DNA of 64,000 nucleotides from Oscillospiraceae bacterium (GTDB taxonomy: Bacteria; Bacillota; Clostridia; Oscillospirales; CAG-272). Under the pieces are notes generated by a model, which had not been told where the DNA came from, ran no database searches, and saw nothing but the letters and a program-made list of their open reading frames with translations. The translations under genes were made by a program, and so were the position numbers. Positions 9,148 to 19,516 of this stretch are shown in pieces. The DNA lies in contig SVQP01000007.1 of the NCBI GenBank assembly GCA_015065285.1, positions 7,520 to 71,519 of the forward strand. Direction: 5' to 3'. Every line of letters begins with the position of its first letter. Position 1 is the first letter of the stretch.

Positions 9148-9531
9148 AAAACGTCGCTTCCCAATGTGTGATGTCCTTATCGGAGAAATAAGATAGGGGT
9201 ATGGGCGCAGCCGATGCATTTGTAAAACAAATGCGAAACTGGCAATAAATACAGAAAGAGAGAGTAACACGGTTACAAAATTCCGTGAAGCTCTCTCTTC
9301 TTCGCTTTTTTAGTGATATTCTTTGCTTTCGCAAAGAGTGATATTGCCCTTGCGAGCAGTGATATTGTTCGGCTACGCCTCACAGTGATATTCTATTCGC
9401 CCATAAACTCGCGAAGCGAATAACACTCGGCGTAAGCCGAATATCACTGCGTAGCAATATCACTCGCCAAAGGCGAATAGAACTGGCGTGATACTCCGTT
9501 AAGAGTATCACGCCAAGGGAAGCGACGTTTT
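9148..9531. repeat. Intergenic element bounded by 15-bp inverted repeats and containing an AGTGATATT hairpin-spacer array
   Basis: AAAACGTCGCTTCCC (9148-9162) / GGGAAGCGACGTTTT (9517-9531); AGTGATATT at 9312, 9337, 9358, 9384; inverted copies at 9419, 9440, 9456. Confidence 0.85.
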
Positions 9532-9541
9532 TTTGTTGATC

Positions 9542-10864
9542 TTAGAAAATGGGATAGCCTGCAGCCTCGTGAGCAGCGCGCAGCTCATCGCACATTGCAA
9601 CGATCTCGTCGGTGGAAAGCTGGCTGCCGGTGTGGGGATCCAGCATAGCTGCCTGATAAACGTGCTCCATGTTACCGGTTACGGCTGCCTCAATGGTCAG
9701 CAGCTGCACGTTGATGTTGGTCATGTTCATAGCGGCAAGCTGAACGGGCAGGCGACCTGCGTAGGTGGGATGCACGCCGGTGCGGTCAACCATGCAGGAA
9801 ACCTCAACGCAAGCCTCGTCGGGCAGGTTGGGGATCAGACCGTTGTTGAGCACGTTACCGCCAATGCGGTAGGGCACGTCGGTCAGGATCGCTTCCATGA
9901 TGTGAGAAGCGTACTCGCGGGAGCGGGTATGGGTGATCTGACCGCCTGCCATGAGCTCTTCCTTCTGGCGCTCCCAGTGTGCGATCTGGTTGACGCAGCG
10001 ACGGGGATATTCATCCAGCGGAATGTTGAACTTTTCAATCAGCTCAGGACGGTTTTCCTTGATGTAGAGGTAGTTGTATTCAGCGTTATGCTCGCTGGAT
10101 TCGGTGCAGTAGTAGCCAAGCTTGTCGATGTAGTCGAAGCGGACCATATCGTAGTGCTTTTCGGTGGCATTCTTTTCCTTTGCGCGCTTCTTGATCTCGG
10201 GATAGAGGTCATTGCCGTCCTTATCCTGAATCTCAAGCAGCCAAGCCATGTGGTTGATGCCGGCAATCTTTTCGCGTCTGCCTTCCAGCTTGTCCTCCAT
10301 GCCCAGGTGGCGCAGAAGACCCTCGGAGCAGACCTGAACGCTGTGGCAAAGACCAACGGTCTTGATCTTGGTGTATCTCTGCATGTAGCCGGAGAGCATT
10401 GCCATGGGGTTTGTATAGTTCAAGAACCATGCGTCGGGGCAAACCTCTTCCATGTCTGCAGCAAATTCCTTGAGCACGACAATGGTACGCAGCGCGCGGA
10501 AGATACCGCCGATGCCCAGCGTGTCGCCAATGGTCTGGCGCAGACCGTACTTCTTGGGAACTTCAAAGTCAATGATGGTGCAGGGGTCGTAAAGACCAAC
10601 CTGAATCGCATCCACTACGAAGTCAGCGCCGCGCAGCGCATCCTTGCGGTTTTCCACGCCAAGGTACTTGCCAATCTTTGCGCGACCCTCGTTGATGTTC
10701 TCATTGAGCTTGGTGATCATCAGATAGGATTCGTCCAATCTGTTGGGGTCAATGTCATAAAGCGCAATTTCTGCGTCATGCAGGCAAGGGGTCATCATCG
10801 CGTCGCCCAGTACGTTCTTGGCGAAAACGGTGCTGCCCGCACCCATAAAAGTGATTTTTGCCAT
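9542..10864 (-). CDS. melA: GH4 alpha-galactosidase/alpha-glucosidase (NAD+/Mn-dependent)
   Basis: KITFMGAGSTVF Rossmann motif, NYTNPM, GLCHS, AGINHMAW, TESSEH; true start ATG 10864 with AGGAG RBS. Confidence 0.9.
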   Translation of the reverse strand: MAKITFMGAGSTVFAKNVLGDAMMTPCLHDAEIALYDIDPNRLDESYLMITKLNENINEGRAKIGKYLGVENRKDALRGADFVVDAIQVGLYDPCTIIDFEVPKKYGLRQTIGDTLGIGGIFRALRTIVVLKEFAADMEEVCPDAWFLNYTNPMAMLSGYMQRYTKIKTVGLCHSVQVCSEGLLRHLGMEDKLEGRREKIAGINHMAWLLEIQDKDGNDLYPEIKKRAKEKNATEKHYDMVRFDYIDKLGYYCTESSEHNAEYNYLYIKENRPELIEKFNIPLDEYPRRCVNQIAHWERQKEELMAGGQITHTRSREYASHIMEAILTDVPYRIGGNVLNNGLIPNLPDEACVEVSCMVDRTGVHPTYAGRLPVQLAAMNMTNINVQLLTIEAAVTGNMEHVYQAAMLDPHTGSQLSTDEIVAMCDELRAAHEAAGYPIF

Positions 10865-11039
10865 AATGGTTCTCCTTTGCATTATCTGGATGATTTCATT
10901 ATACTGTTTTTTGCCCAAAAAATCAATAGATAAGGCGTACTTTTCATGGATTTTTTTGCATGAGTTTTTGCGCCTATACTCTTTTATTGTGAGCAAAAGT
11001 ATGATATAATAAAAATAGTTTGACGAATGGAGCAGGGCG

Positions 11040-12452
11040 ATGAAAAAGGGATTTCTGAAACGAATGCAATGGGGGCTGTTGCCCACTGTGGTGGCACTGG
11101 CTGTGCCCACCATGCTTGAGCAGCTGATGCACACGGCGGTGCAATACATCGATACTGCCATGGTCGGCTCTCTGGGCACGCAGGCATCTGCCGCGGTTGG
11201 CTCAACAAGCACGGTTGGCTGGCTGGTCGGCAGCTCGCTCTCTGCCTTGGGCGTGGGCTTTTTGTCCTTTATTGCACGCGCCAACGGAGCAGGGGATAAA
11301 GCTTTGTGCCGTCGCGCCTCTGCACAGGCGGTGCTGGCAGTGCTGGTTTCGGGCATTCTGTTTACTATCCTGACGCTTTCGCTCTCTCCCGTCGTGCCCG
11401 TGCTGATGCAGGTGGATCCCGATATCCGCGATACCACAAGCACGTATTTCTTTATTTTGTATACGCCTATGCTGTTCCGCGCGGCATCCATCATCTTCGG
11501 TGCCGTGTTGCGCGGCGCGGGGGATACCAAAACCCCCATGCGCGCAGGCATTATTGTCAACGTCGTCAATGTTGTGCTCAACTTTTTCCTGATCTATCCT
11601 ACAAGAACGGTCGAGCTACCGTGGTTTTCGGACGGTATTTTACTGGTCACCATCCGCGGAGCGGGACTTGGTGTTGTGGGTGCGGCTCTGGCAAGTGCCA
11701 TTGCCTTTGCCGTGGGCGGTGTGGTCATGACCGTGACGCTGTGGCGTCATCCGCTTGTTTCTCCCCGTGGGCAGAGATTTCGCCCCGATCGCGAGGTGCT
11801 CTTTCCCTGCTTGAAGGTTGCCATGCCCAACATGGCGCAAAGATTTGCCACCTCGCTTGGCTACGTGGTATTTGCCTCCATGATCAATTCGCTTGGTGAC
11901 GTTTCCACCGCAGCGCACAACTTTGCAAACACCGTGGAAAGTGCGTTTTATATCCCCGGCTACGGCATGCAGGCGGCTGCCGCTACGCTGGCAGGCAACT
12001 GCGTAGGCGCCAAGGATAAGAATCGGCTGGACGATCTTGGCAGACTGATGTTGTTTTGCGAGGTGCTGCTCATGATCGCCTCGGGTGGTCTTTTGTTCTT
12101 GCTGGCACCGTATATGCTGCGCCTGTTCTCGTCTGATCCCGCAGTCATTGATCTTGCCACGATCGTGCTGCGCATGGTGGCGGTATCCGAGCCCTTCTAC
12201 GGTGTCACCATTATCACCGAGGGCATGATGCAGGGCGTGGGAAATACCAAAACACCGTTTGTTTTCAACGTCATCGGCATGTGGGGCTTACGCATTTTCG
12301 GAACGCTGCTTTGCACCCTGCTTGCGCCCGAAATGTCGCTGGTCTATGCCTGGGCATGTATGATCGCGCATAATCTTGCGCTTTTCTGCATGTTTTCGGT
12401 GTATTACAAAAAGGGAAAATGGAGCCCCTTGCACACACAGCCACCGGGATGA
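11040..12452 (+). CDS. MATE family efflux transporter
   Basis: LAVP...IDTAMVGSLG, LRGAGDTKTPM, GLGVVGAALAS; about 12 TM segments. Confidence 0.9.
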   Translation: MKKGFLKRMQWGLLPTVVALAVPTMLEQLMHTAVQYIDTAMVGSLGTQASAAVGSTSTVGWLVGSSLSALGVGFLSFIARANGAGDKALCRRASAQAVLAVLVSGILFTILTLSLSPVVPVLMQVDPDIRDTTSTYFFILYTPMLFRAASIIFGAVLRGAGDTKTPMRAGIIVNVVNVVLNFFLIYPTRTVELPWFSDGILLVTIRGAGLGVVGAALASAIAFAVGGVVMTVTLWRHPLVSPRGQRFRPDREVLFPCLKVAMPNMAQRFATSLGYVVFASMINSLGDVSTAAHNFANTVESAFYIPGYGMQAAAATLAGNCVGAKDKNRLDDLGRLMLFCEVLLMIASGGLLFLLAPYMLRLFSSDPAVIDLATIVLRMVAVSEPFYGVTIITEGMMQGVGNTKTPFVFNVIGMWGLRIFGTLLCTLLAPEMSLVYAWACMIAHNLALFCMFSVYYKKGKWSPLHTQPPG

Positions 12453-12460
12453 AAAATTTA

Positions 12461-12489
12461 TTGACAAGTGTGCCATAATATGATAAAAT
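12461..12489 (+). promoter_or_regulatory. Sigma-A promoter
   Basis: TTGACA-17 bp-TAAAAT. Confidence 0.65.
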
Positions 12490-12521
12490 AAAATCAAATA
12501 GGCGTTTTTCGGAGGATTTTG

Positions 12522-13181
12522 ATGATCACCTACGAGCAGCTTCGGCAAAGCCCGGAGATCAGAACCTATATTACCCGCGCAGATGAGTCTCTGCGCGCGC
12601 TCGGCTTTACCGAGCACAGCTTTGCACACGTCACGCGCGTGTCTGAAACGGCAGCATATATTCTGGGCGAGCTGGGATATGACGCGCACGAGATCGAGCT
12701 TGCCAAAATTGCGGGATACCTGCATGATATCGGCAACTTAGTCAACCGCGTGGAGCACTCGCAAAGCGGTGCAGTCATGGCATTCCGTATTCTGGATCAT
12801 ATGGACATGCCGCCCGAAGATATTGCCACAATCGTCACCGCCATCGGGAATCACGATGAGGGCACGGGCGTACCGGTCAACGGTGTGGCTGCCGCGCTGA
12901 TCTTAGCCGACAAATCCGACGTGCGACGCAGCCGCGTGCGCAACGAGGACTTTGCGACGTTCGACATTCACGACCGCGTCAATTATTCGGTCACCGATTC
13001 GGCACTGGTGCTGGATACGCAGAAAAAGACCGTGACGCTGACGCTGACCATCGATCCCGAGGTTGCACCGGTCATGAACTATTTTGAAATCTTTCTTGGC
13101 AGAATGATCATGTGCCGCAAGGCTGCGGACAAGCTCGGACTGCAATTCAAGCTGGATATAAACGGACAGACGTTGATTTGA
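12522..13181 (+). CDS. HD-domain phosphohydrolase
   Basis: GFTEH...H, LHDIGN, NHDE, LILADKSD; GGAGG RBS. Confidence 0.9.
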   Translation: MITYEQLRQSPEIRTYITRADESLRALGFTEHSFAHVTRVSETAAYILGELGYDAHEIELAKIAGYLHDIGNLVNRVEHSQSGAVMAFRILDHMDMPPEDIATIVTAIGNHDEGTGVPVNGVAAALILADKSDVRRSRVRNEDFATFDIHDRVNYSVTDSALVLDTQKKTVTLTLTIDPEVAPVMNYFEIFLGRMIMCRKAADKLGLQFKLDINGQTLI

Positions 13182-13194
13182 AAGGAGAAAAGAC

Positions 13195-15018
13195 ATGCAA
13201 GAACTACTGCACAATTTTCAAGCGGTTGTAACACACGAGAGCGTTGACATTTTTATGGTGCTCAATCTGCTTTTGGGTCTGGCACTGTTCTTGTTCGGTA
13301 TGGACGTCATGGGCGATGCCTTGAAAAAGAGCGCGGGCAATAAGCTCAAGATCATTCTGGGTAAATTGACTTCCAATCGCTTTAAGGGCTTTTTGCTGGG
13401 CCTTGGCGTGACAGCCATCATTCAGTCCTCGTCTGCTACCACGGTTATGGTCGTGGGCTTTGTTAACTCCGCGACAATGACGCTCTCTCAGGCTGTGGGC
13501 GTGATTCTGGGTGCAAACGTAGGTACGGCGGTGACGGCATGGCTGACCGCTATGACAGGCATGGAGGTTGACGGTGCAGAGGGCGCAATGAATATTTTGC
13601 AGTACCTCAAGCCGGATTTCTGGATGCCTATTCTGGCACTGATCGGCATTGTGTTCTGCATGTTCGCAAAAAAGAACAGATACAAGCAGGTCGGCTTTAT
13701 TCTGCTCGGCTTTGGCGTGCTGATGACCGGTATGAATATCATGTCGGATGCGGTTGCGGTCTTTAAGTCGATTCCCGAGTTCGGTGAGATCCTGGTCATG
13801 TTTGAAAACCCCTTCTTGGGTATTCTGGCAGGTACTGTGCTGACCGCAATCGTGCAGTCCTCCTCCGCTTCCGTGGGTATTTTGCAGGCACTGACCATGT
13901 CGGGCGCAATTTCGTACGGTATCGCGATCCCGATCGTTATGGGTCAGAACATCGGTACTTGCGTGACCGCGATGCTGTCCTCCATGGGCTCGTCCAAGAA
14001 CGGTAAGAGAGCCGCGCTTGTACACTTGTACTTTAATATTATTTCGGTAGTCGTGGTGTTGAGCGGTTACTATATTCTGGATGCGATCATCGGCTTTGGC
14101 CTCAACAGCATGATTGCCGACATGTGGTCTATTGCGATTATTCACACGGTATTCAAGATCATCGCAGTTGTTCTGATGTTCCCGTTCACCAATCTCTTGG
14201 TCAAGCTGGCTACCGTATCGGTGCCCGAAAAGTCCAAGAAAAAGAAGGACGAGCAAGGCATTATCCTGGACGAGCGTTTGTTCATCACCCCTGCGGTTGC
14301 AGTGGAGCAGGCAGAGGCTGCCGCACGTAAGATGGCGGTCGTGTCCTGTGACGCGTTGGACCGTGCGCTGATGTTGCTTAGTAATTATGACTCCAAATCC
14401 GCGGATCTGGTACGCAAATACGAGGATGACGTGGATAAGATGGAGGATAAGATCGGCTCGTACTTAGTCAAGCTGGCTGCAAAGAACAGCTCGGGCGAGG
14501 GCTCGCGTGAGATTACAAAGCTCTTGCACCTGATCGGTGACTTTGAGCGTATTTCGGACCATGCGGTCAATATTGCCGAGTCTGCCGAAGAGATGAGAGA
14601 TAAGCAGATCCAATTCTCTCCTGCGGCGCAAAAGGAGATCAACACCATGGTTGCCGCTGTGCGCGAGGTGCTTTGGAATGCACGTGAGGGCTTTGTCAAC
14701 GACGACTTTAACATAGCTGCTTCGGTTGAACCGCTGGAGGAGGTCATTGACGATCTGCGCGATGCCATCAAGCTGCATCATATCGTGCGTCTGCAGAACA
14801 ACGAGTGCACCATGGAAATGGGCTTTATCCTGTCCGACCTTTTGACCAACTGCGAGCGCGTGGCAGACCACTGCTCCAATATCGCAGGCTGCATGCTGGA
14901 GCTTTCTACGGAAAAGTCGCTGGATATGCATAAGTACCTGTACGATCTCAAGCACGGGAACCCCGAGTTCGATCGCAGATATCAGGAATACAAGGAAAAG
15001 TATCCCATCGAGGATTGA
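13195..15018 (+). CDS. Na+/Pi cotransporter with C-terminal PhoU domains
   Basis: Two QSSSA repeats, GANVGT/GQNIGT, ERISDHAVNI and ERVADHCSNI. Confidence 0.92.
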   Translation: MQELLHNFQAVVTHESVDIFMVLNLLLGLALFLFGMDVMGDALKKSAGNKLKIILGKLTSNRFKGFLLGLGVTAIIQSSSATTVMVVGFVNSATMTLSQAVGVILGANVGTAVTAWLTAMTGMEVDGAEGAMNILQYLKPDFWMPILALIGIVFCMFAKKNRYKQVGFILLGFGVLMTGMNIMSDAVAVFKSIPEFGEILVMFENPFLGILAGTVLTAIVQSSSASVGILQALTMSGAISYGIAIPIVMGQNIGTCVTAMLSSMGSSKNGKRAALVHLYFNIISVVVVLSGYYILDAIIGFGLNSMIADMWSIAIIHTVFKIIAVVLMFPFTNLLVKLATVSVPEKSKKKKDEQGIILDERLFITPAVAVEQAEAAARKMAVVSCDALDRALMLLSNYDSKSADLVRKYEDDVDKMEDKIGSYLVKLAAKNSSGEGSREITKLLHLIGDFERISDHAVNIAESAEEMRDKQIQFSPAAQKEINTMVAAVREVLWNAREGFVNDDFNIAASVEPLEEVIDDLRDAIKLHHIVRLQNNECTMEMGFILSDLLTNCERVADHCSNIAGCMLELSTEKSLDMHKYLYDLKHGNPEFDRRYQEYKEKYPIED

Positions 15019-15112
15019 TCCGGGAACCGAAATTTTTAACCGAATATAAGAGTGGGGAAAGTTGTCCTGCCGCATGGCGGGACGCTTTTCCCGTGCTTGT
15101 TTTGAAGGGGGG

Positions 15113-15808
15113 ATGACCGTGAGACAAACAAAAGCGCAAAAGGCTGTCAAGCAGCGGTTTTGCGAGGCTGCCAAGCGCCTGGAGGCGCTGTATCCGGGCG
15201 CGGAATGCGCACTGGAATGGCGGACCGATGCACCTTGTGCGGCGGACGACGGGTGGCGACTTCTGATCATGGGTCGTCTTTCTGCGCAGTGCACCGATGC
15301 AAGAGTGAATATCGTGTGCCGCGAGCTGTTTGCCGCGTATCCGAGCGCGCAAGCCATTGCAAATGCCCCCATCGAAGAGCTGGAAAGGCTGGTACACTCC
15401 TGCGGATTCTACCGTGCCAAGGCGCAGAACATCAAGGATTGCTGCCGCATGCTGGTAGAGGACTTTGATGGGCGCGTGCCTGCCGATCGCGAGGTGCTGT
15501 TGACCTTCCCGGGCGTAGGGCGCAAGATCGCCAACCTTCTTTTGGGAGATCTGTACGGCATTCCCGGCATTGTGGCGGATACGCATCTGATCTGCATTGG
15601 CGGCAGACTGGGCGCATATCCCACCACACTCAAGGACCCGCACAAGGTCGAAAAAATACTTGATACACTGATTGACCCCGCATCGCAAAGTGATTTTTGT
15701 CACCGCGCGGTGCAATTCGGCAGAGATTATTGCACGGCAAGGTCGCCTCACTGCGACGCATGCCCCTTGGCGGATATCTGCCCTTACGATAAAGGAAAGA
15801 AATCATGA
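15113..15808 (+). CDS. nth: Endonuclease III
   Basis: LSAQCTDARVN, HhH motif PGVGRKIAN, VADTH, 4Fe-4S motif CTARSPHCDACPLADIC. Confidence 0.92.
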   Translation: MTVRQTKAQKAVKQRFCEAAKRLEALYPGAECALEWRTDAPCAADDGWRLLIMGRLSAQCTDARVNIVCRELFAAYPSAQAIANAPIEELERLVHSCGFYRAKAQNIKDCCRMLVEDFDGRVPADREVLLTFPGVGRKIANLLLGDLYGIPGIVADTHLICIGGRLGAYPTTLKDPHKVEKILDTLIDPASQSDFCHRAVQFGRDYCTARSPHCDACPLADICPYDKGKKS

Positions 15809-17652
15809 AAACGAAAAACGTACAACGAAAAACGTATGGCAATGCCGCGCGGCTTTGGCAGTTTTTAAGAAAGAGCCGCTGGTGGTTTGCCTTGGGCATT
15901 CTGTTTGCCTTTGCCATGACGGGACTGGAAATGATCGCACCGCAGATCGTTGCCTTTACGGTGGATAATCTGCTGGGGGATGAAGCATTGGAGCTGCCTG
16001 CATGGTTGTTGCAGCACGTGGATCTTGATGCCGTCATCGGGTATCTGCGGGATCGACTGTGGCTGGTGGCAGTTGCCGTGATTGTCACGGGCGGCTTGTC
16101 GGTGCTTTGCCGCTTTTCCAATATGTACTTCAACAATCTTGGCGGTGAGACGCTGGTCAAAACCATCCGAGACGATCTGTTCTCGCACATCGGTCGCCTG
16201 CCGCAAAGCTTCTATTCGCAAAATAAGACGGGAGATCTGATCCAGCGATCCACCTCAGACGTGGAAATGGTCAAAAATTTCGTGGCAGAGCAGTTGGTGC
16301 CCTTGTTCCGCGTCATCATTTTGCTCACGGTTTCACTGACCGTCATGTTTATGATGAATCCGCTCTTGGCTTCGGTTTCTGCGGCATTTGTGCCCATTGT
16401 GCTGACCTATTCGCTGGTGTTCCGCCACTTTATCAGCAAGCACTTCGAGGCTTGTGACGTATGCGAGGCGGAGCTTTCCTCGATCACGCAGGAAAACCTG
16501 ACCGGCGTACGCGTGGTGCGCGCGTTTGGCAGAGAGAGAAGCGAGATTGAAAAATTCGACCGCAAAAACACCGAATACGGTGACCGAAACGTGCGCCTGA
16601 CCTGGCTGTTCACGTGGTTCTGGATCATCGGTGACTTTTTCTCCGGCATGCAGGTGCTGGCAGTGCTGGGCTTTGGCACGTACCTGTGCGTTACGCAGGG
16701 CATGGAGCTTGGCGATCTGCTTGCGTTTGTCACCTATAACGCCATGATGCTGTGGCCGGTGCGCTCTCTTGGCAGAATCGTGTCCGAGATGAGTAAGGCG
16801 GGCGTAGCACTTGGCAGAATCAATCATATTCTCAATACACAGCCCGAGCTGCAAAAGGAGCAGGTCACAGCACCCGATTATGCGGGCGACGTGGTGTTTG
16901 ATCACGTCAGCTTTCGCTACGAAGCGGACGGTGCACAGATTCTGGACGACGTCAGCTTTTCGGTCAAGGGCGGCAGCGTGATCGGTATCATGGGCGGTAC
17001 GGGATCAGGCAAAAGCACCCTGATGGGGCTTTTGGACCGTCTTTACGAGCTGGATGAGGGCAGCATTACCATTGGCGGCGTGCCCATCGGTCAGATCGAC
17101 CGTGCCGAGCTGCATAAGCACGTGGGATACGTGCTGCAGGATACGTATTTGTTCTCGGGCACCATTGCTGAGAATATCTGCATGGGAATTGATGCTTTGG
17201 ATATGGAAAAGGTTGAGCATGCTGCACGTGTGGCTTGCTTTGAAGGCGCGGTATCCGAGTTCAAGGAAGGATACGAGACCTTTGTAGGTGAGCGCGGTGT
17301 GACGCTTTCGGGCGGTCAGAAGCAGCGTTGCTCGATTGCCAGAATGCTTGCCACCAAGCCGGATATTATGATTTTTGACGATTCTCTCTCTGCGGTAGAC
17401 AGCGAGACCGATGCTGCCATTCGTCACGCGTTGCGCCACGAATTCGAGGGCAGCACGGTGATTCTGATCTCACACCGCATCACCACGCTCTCGCATGCCG
17501 ACCACATTGTGGTGCTGGACGAGGGACGCGTGGCAGAGCAGGGCACGCATGCGCAGCTGCTTGCCGCGGGCGGCATTTACAGCCGCGTGTGCGCAATGCA
17601 GGGCAGAGATGATGCGATAAAGGCGATCGCAGCAGGGGAGGTGACGGCATGA
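15805..17652 (+). CDS. ABC exporter, fused permease/ATPase (heterodimer subunit A)
   Basis: TM domain; GGTGSGKST, LSGGQKQR, FDDSLSAVD (degenerate Walker B). Confidence 0.9.
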   Translation: MKTKNVQRKTYGNAARLWQFLRKSRWWFALGILFAFAMTGLEMIAPQIVAFTVDNLLGDEALELPAWLLQHVDLDAVIGYLRDRLWLVAVAVIVTGGLSVLCRFSNMYFNNLGGETLVKTIRDDLFSHIGRLPQSFYSQNKTGDLIQRSTSDVEMVKNFVAEQLVPLFRVIILLTVSLTVMFMMNPLLASVSAAFVPIVLTYSLVFRHFISKHFEACDVCEAELSSITQENLTGVRVVRAFGRERSEIEKFDRKNTEYGDRNVRLTWLFTWFWIIGDFFSGMQVLAVLGFGTYLCVTQGMELGDLLAFVTYNAMMLWPVRSLGRIVSEMSKAGVALGRINHILNTQPELQKEQVTAPDYAGDVVFDHVSFRYEADGAQILDDVSFSVKGGSVIGIMGGTGSGKSTLMGLLDRLYELDEGSITIGGVPIGQIDRAELHKHVGYVLQDTYLFSGTIAENICMGIDALDMEKVEHAARVACFEGAVSEFKEGYETFVGERGVTLSGGQKQRCSIARMLATKPDIMIFDDSLSAVDSETDAAIRHALRHEFEGSTVILISHRITTLSHADHIVVLDEGRVAEQGTHAQLLAAGGIYSRVCAMQGRDDAIKAIAAGEVTA

Positions 17653-19469
17653 AGCAGCAAAAGAAAACGCGCAAGGGATTGCCGTACCCCAAGGTCCTTG
17701 CCTTCTTCAAGCCCTATTTATGGGTGTTTGCCGTGATTTTGGTGCTGGGCATTTTCAGTGGTGTGGTAGATATCTGCCTGCCCTTGTTCCAGCAATATGC
17801 CATTGACAATTTTATCATCCCGGATACCGTTTCGGGACTTGGTATGTTCTGCTTGTGCTACGCGCTGTTTTTGCTCTCGCGTATCGTAGCGGATTTCATC
17901 TCGTCCTACCAGACCGGCAGGATCGAGGTGCTGATCGCAAGAGATATGCGCAGTGCGTGCTTCAAGCACCTGCAAACGCTTTCCTTCTCGTTCTTTAATC
18001 AGAACAGTGTGGGATATCTGCACTCGCGCATTATGAGTGACACCAGCCGCATCGGCGGCGTGGTGGCATGGGATTTTATGAGCGGTGTGTGGAATCTTTC
18101 ATACCTGATCGGTGCAGCAATCGTGATGTTCGTGCTGGACTGGAAGCTTGCCTTGTGCGTCATGGTCATCGTACCGGTCATTGCACTGGGAGCTGCGCTG
18201 TTTGAGCGCAAGCTGCGCGGGCTCAATCAAGAGGTCAGAGAGCTCAATTCGCAAATCTCGGGCAAGTTCAACGAAAGCATTACCGGCTCGCGCACGGTTC
18301 GCGTGCTGGGTGCGGAAGAAAAAATGCGCACAGGCTTTGTTTCGCTGACAGGTAAGATGCGCAAGACCGCCGTGCTGACCGCACGTGTGCGTGCAAGCTT
18401 TATTTGCCTGATCGCGTTCTCCACCTCCATGGCACTGGCACTGGTGCTGTGGCGTGGCGGTATCATCGCGCGCGAGAATGTGGAATTCCTTGGCAAGCTC
18501 TCTGTGTTCATGACCTATGCCATGAACATGATGGAGCAGGTGCAGTGGGTGGTCAACGCCATGGCGGACATGATCTTTGTGCGCGTCAATATGGAGCGCG
18601 TATCCAAGATCCTGGAGACCGAATCCGACGTACCGGACAGCCCCGAGGTAGTGGAGAGGTACGGAGATACCTTCCATCCCAAAAAGGAGAACTGGGAGCC
18701 CTTGCATGGAGATATCACCTTCAAGGACGTTTCGTTTATGTACCCGGACGGCAACGAATGGGTGCTGGAGAATTTTGATCTGCACGTGCCGCGCGGCACA
18801 AACGTTGCCATTGTAGGTGAGACGGGCGCGGGCAAATCCACGCTGGTCAATCTGGTGTGCAGATTCTACGATCCCACCAAGGGTCAGGTGCTGATCGACG
18901 GCAGAGATGCCCGAGAAAGAAGCCAGCTCTGGCTGCATTCCTCGCTTGGCTACGTGCTGCAAACACCGCATCTGTTTTCGGGCAGTATTGCCGAAAATTT
19001 GCGCTACGGTAACCCGAGCGCCACCGAGCAGGAGATGGAGGCAGCGCTGCGCGAAATCGATGCATGGCGCATTGTGGAGCGCATGGGCAAGGGTCTTGAG
19101 AGTGACGTGGGCGAGGGCGGAGATCTGCTGTCCACGGGCGAAAAGCAGCTGCTTTCGTTTGCGCGCGTTATGCTTGCAAACCCCTCGATTCTGGTGCTGG
19201 ATGAGGCAACCTCCTCGGTTGACAGCCACACCGAGCAGCTGATCCAGCGCGCAACCGAGCGCGTCAGCCAAGGGCGCACCTGCTTTGTCATTGCGCACCG
19301 TCTGTCCACCATCAGGCAAGCGGATATCATTCTCGCGGTCAAGGATGGCAAGATCATTGAACGCGGTAGCCACGCAGAGCTGATGGCAGCAAAGGGCTAT
19401 TATTACCGCCTGTATACACGTCAGTATGAGGACGAGCAGACCCAGATCGTGCTGGATAAAAAGGAATAA
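17649..19469 (+). CDS. ABC exporter, fused permease/ATPase (heterodimer subunit B)
   Basis: GETGAGKST, LSTGEKQL, LDEATSSVD, IAHRLST. Confidence 0.9.
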   Translation: MKQQKKTRKGLPYPKVLAFFKPYLWVFAVILVLGIFSGVVDICLPLFQQYAIDNFIIPDTVSGLGMFCLCYALFLLSRIVADFISSYQTGRIEVLIARDMRSACFKHLQTLSFSFFNQNSVGYLHSRIMSDTSRIGGVVAWDFMSGVWNLSYLIGAAIVMFVLDWKLALCVMVIVPVIALGAALFERKLRGLNQEVRELNSQISGKFNESITGSRTVRVLGAEEKMRTGFVSLTGKMRKTAVLTARVRASFICLIAFSTSMALALVLWRGGIIARENVEFLGKLSVFMTYAMNMMEQVQWVVNAMADMIFVRVNMERVSKILETESDVPDSPEVVERYGDTFHPKKENWEPLHGDITFKDVSFMYPDGNEWVLENFDLHVPRGTNVAIVGETGAGKSTLVNLVCRFYDPTKGQVLIDGRDARERSQLWLHSSLGYVLQTPHLFSGSIAENLRYGNPSATEQEMEAALREIDAWRIVERMGKGLESDVGEGGDLLSTGEKQLLSFARVMLANPSILVLDEATSSVDSHTEQLIQRATERVSQGRTCFVIAHRLSTIRQADIILAVKDGKIIERGSHAELMAAKGYYYRLYTRQYEDEQTQIVLDKKE

Positions 19470-19478
19470 ATAATCAAA

Positions 19479-19514
19479 AAGGAATCCCCCAATAAGGGGA
19501 TTCCTTGCTTTTTT
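19479..19514. terminator. Bidirectional terminator
   Basis: AAGGAATCCCC-caataa-GGGGATTCCTT followed by a T run. Confidence 0.8.
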
Positions 19515-19516
19515 AT

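Noticed and set aside
9312-9484. CRISPR array
   Set aside because: Repeats are 9 bp, spacers are 7-17 bp and self-complementary, and no cas genes are present
10865-11581. N-terminal extension of the 679-aa ORF 9542..11581
   Set aside because: It overlaps the MATE gene antisense; the GH4 Rossmann motif and RBS define the start at 10864
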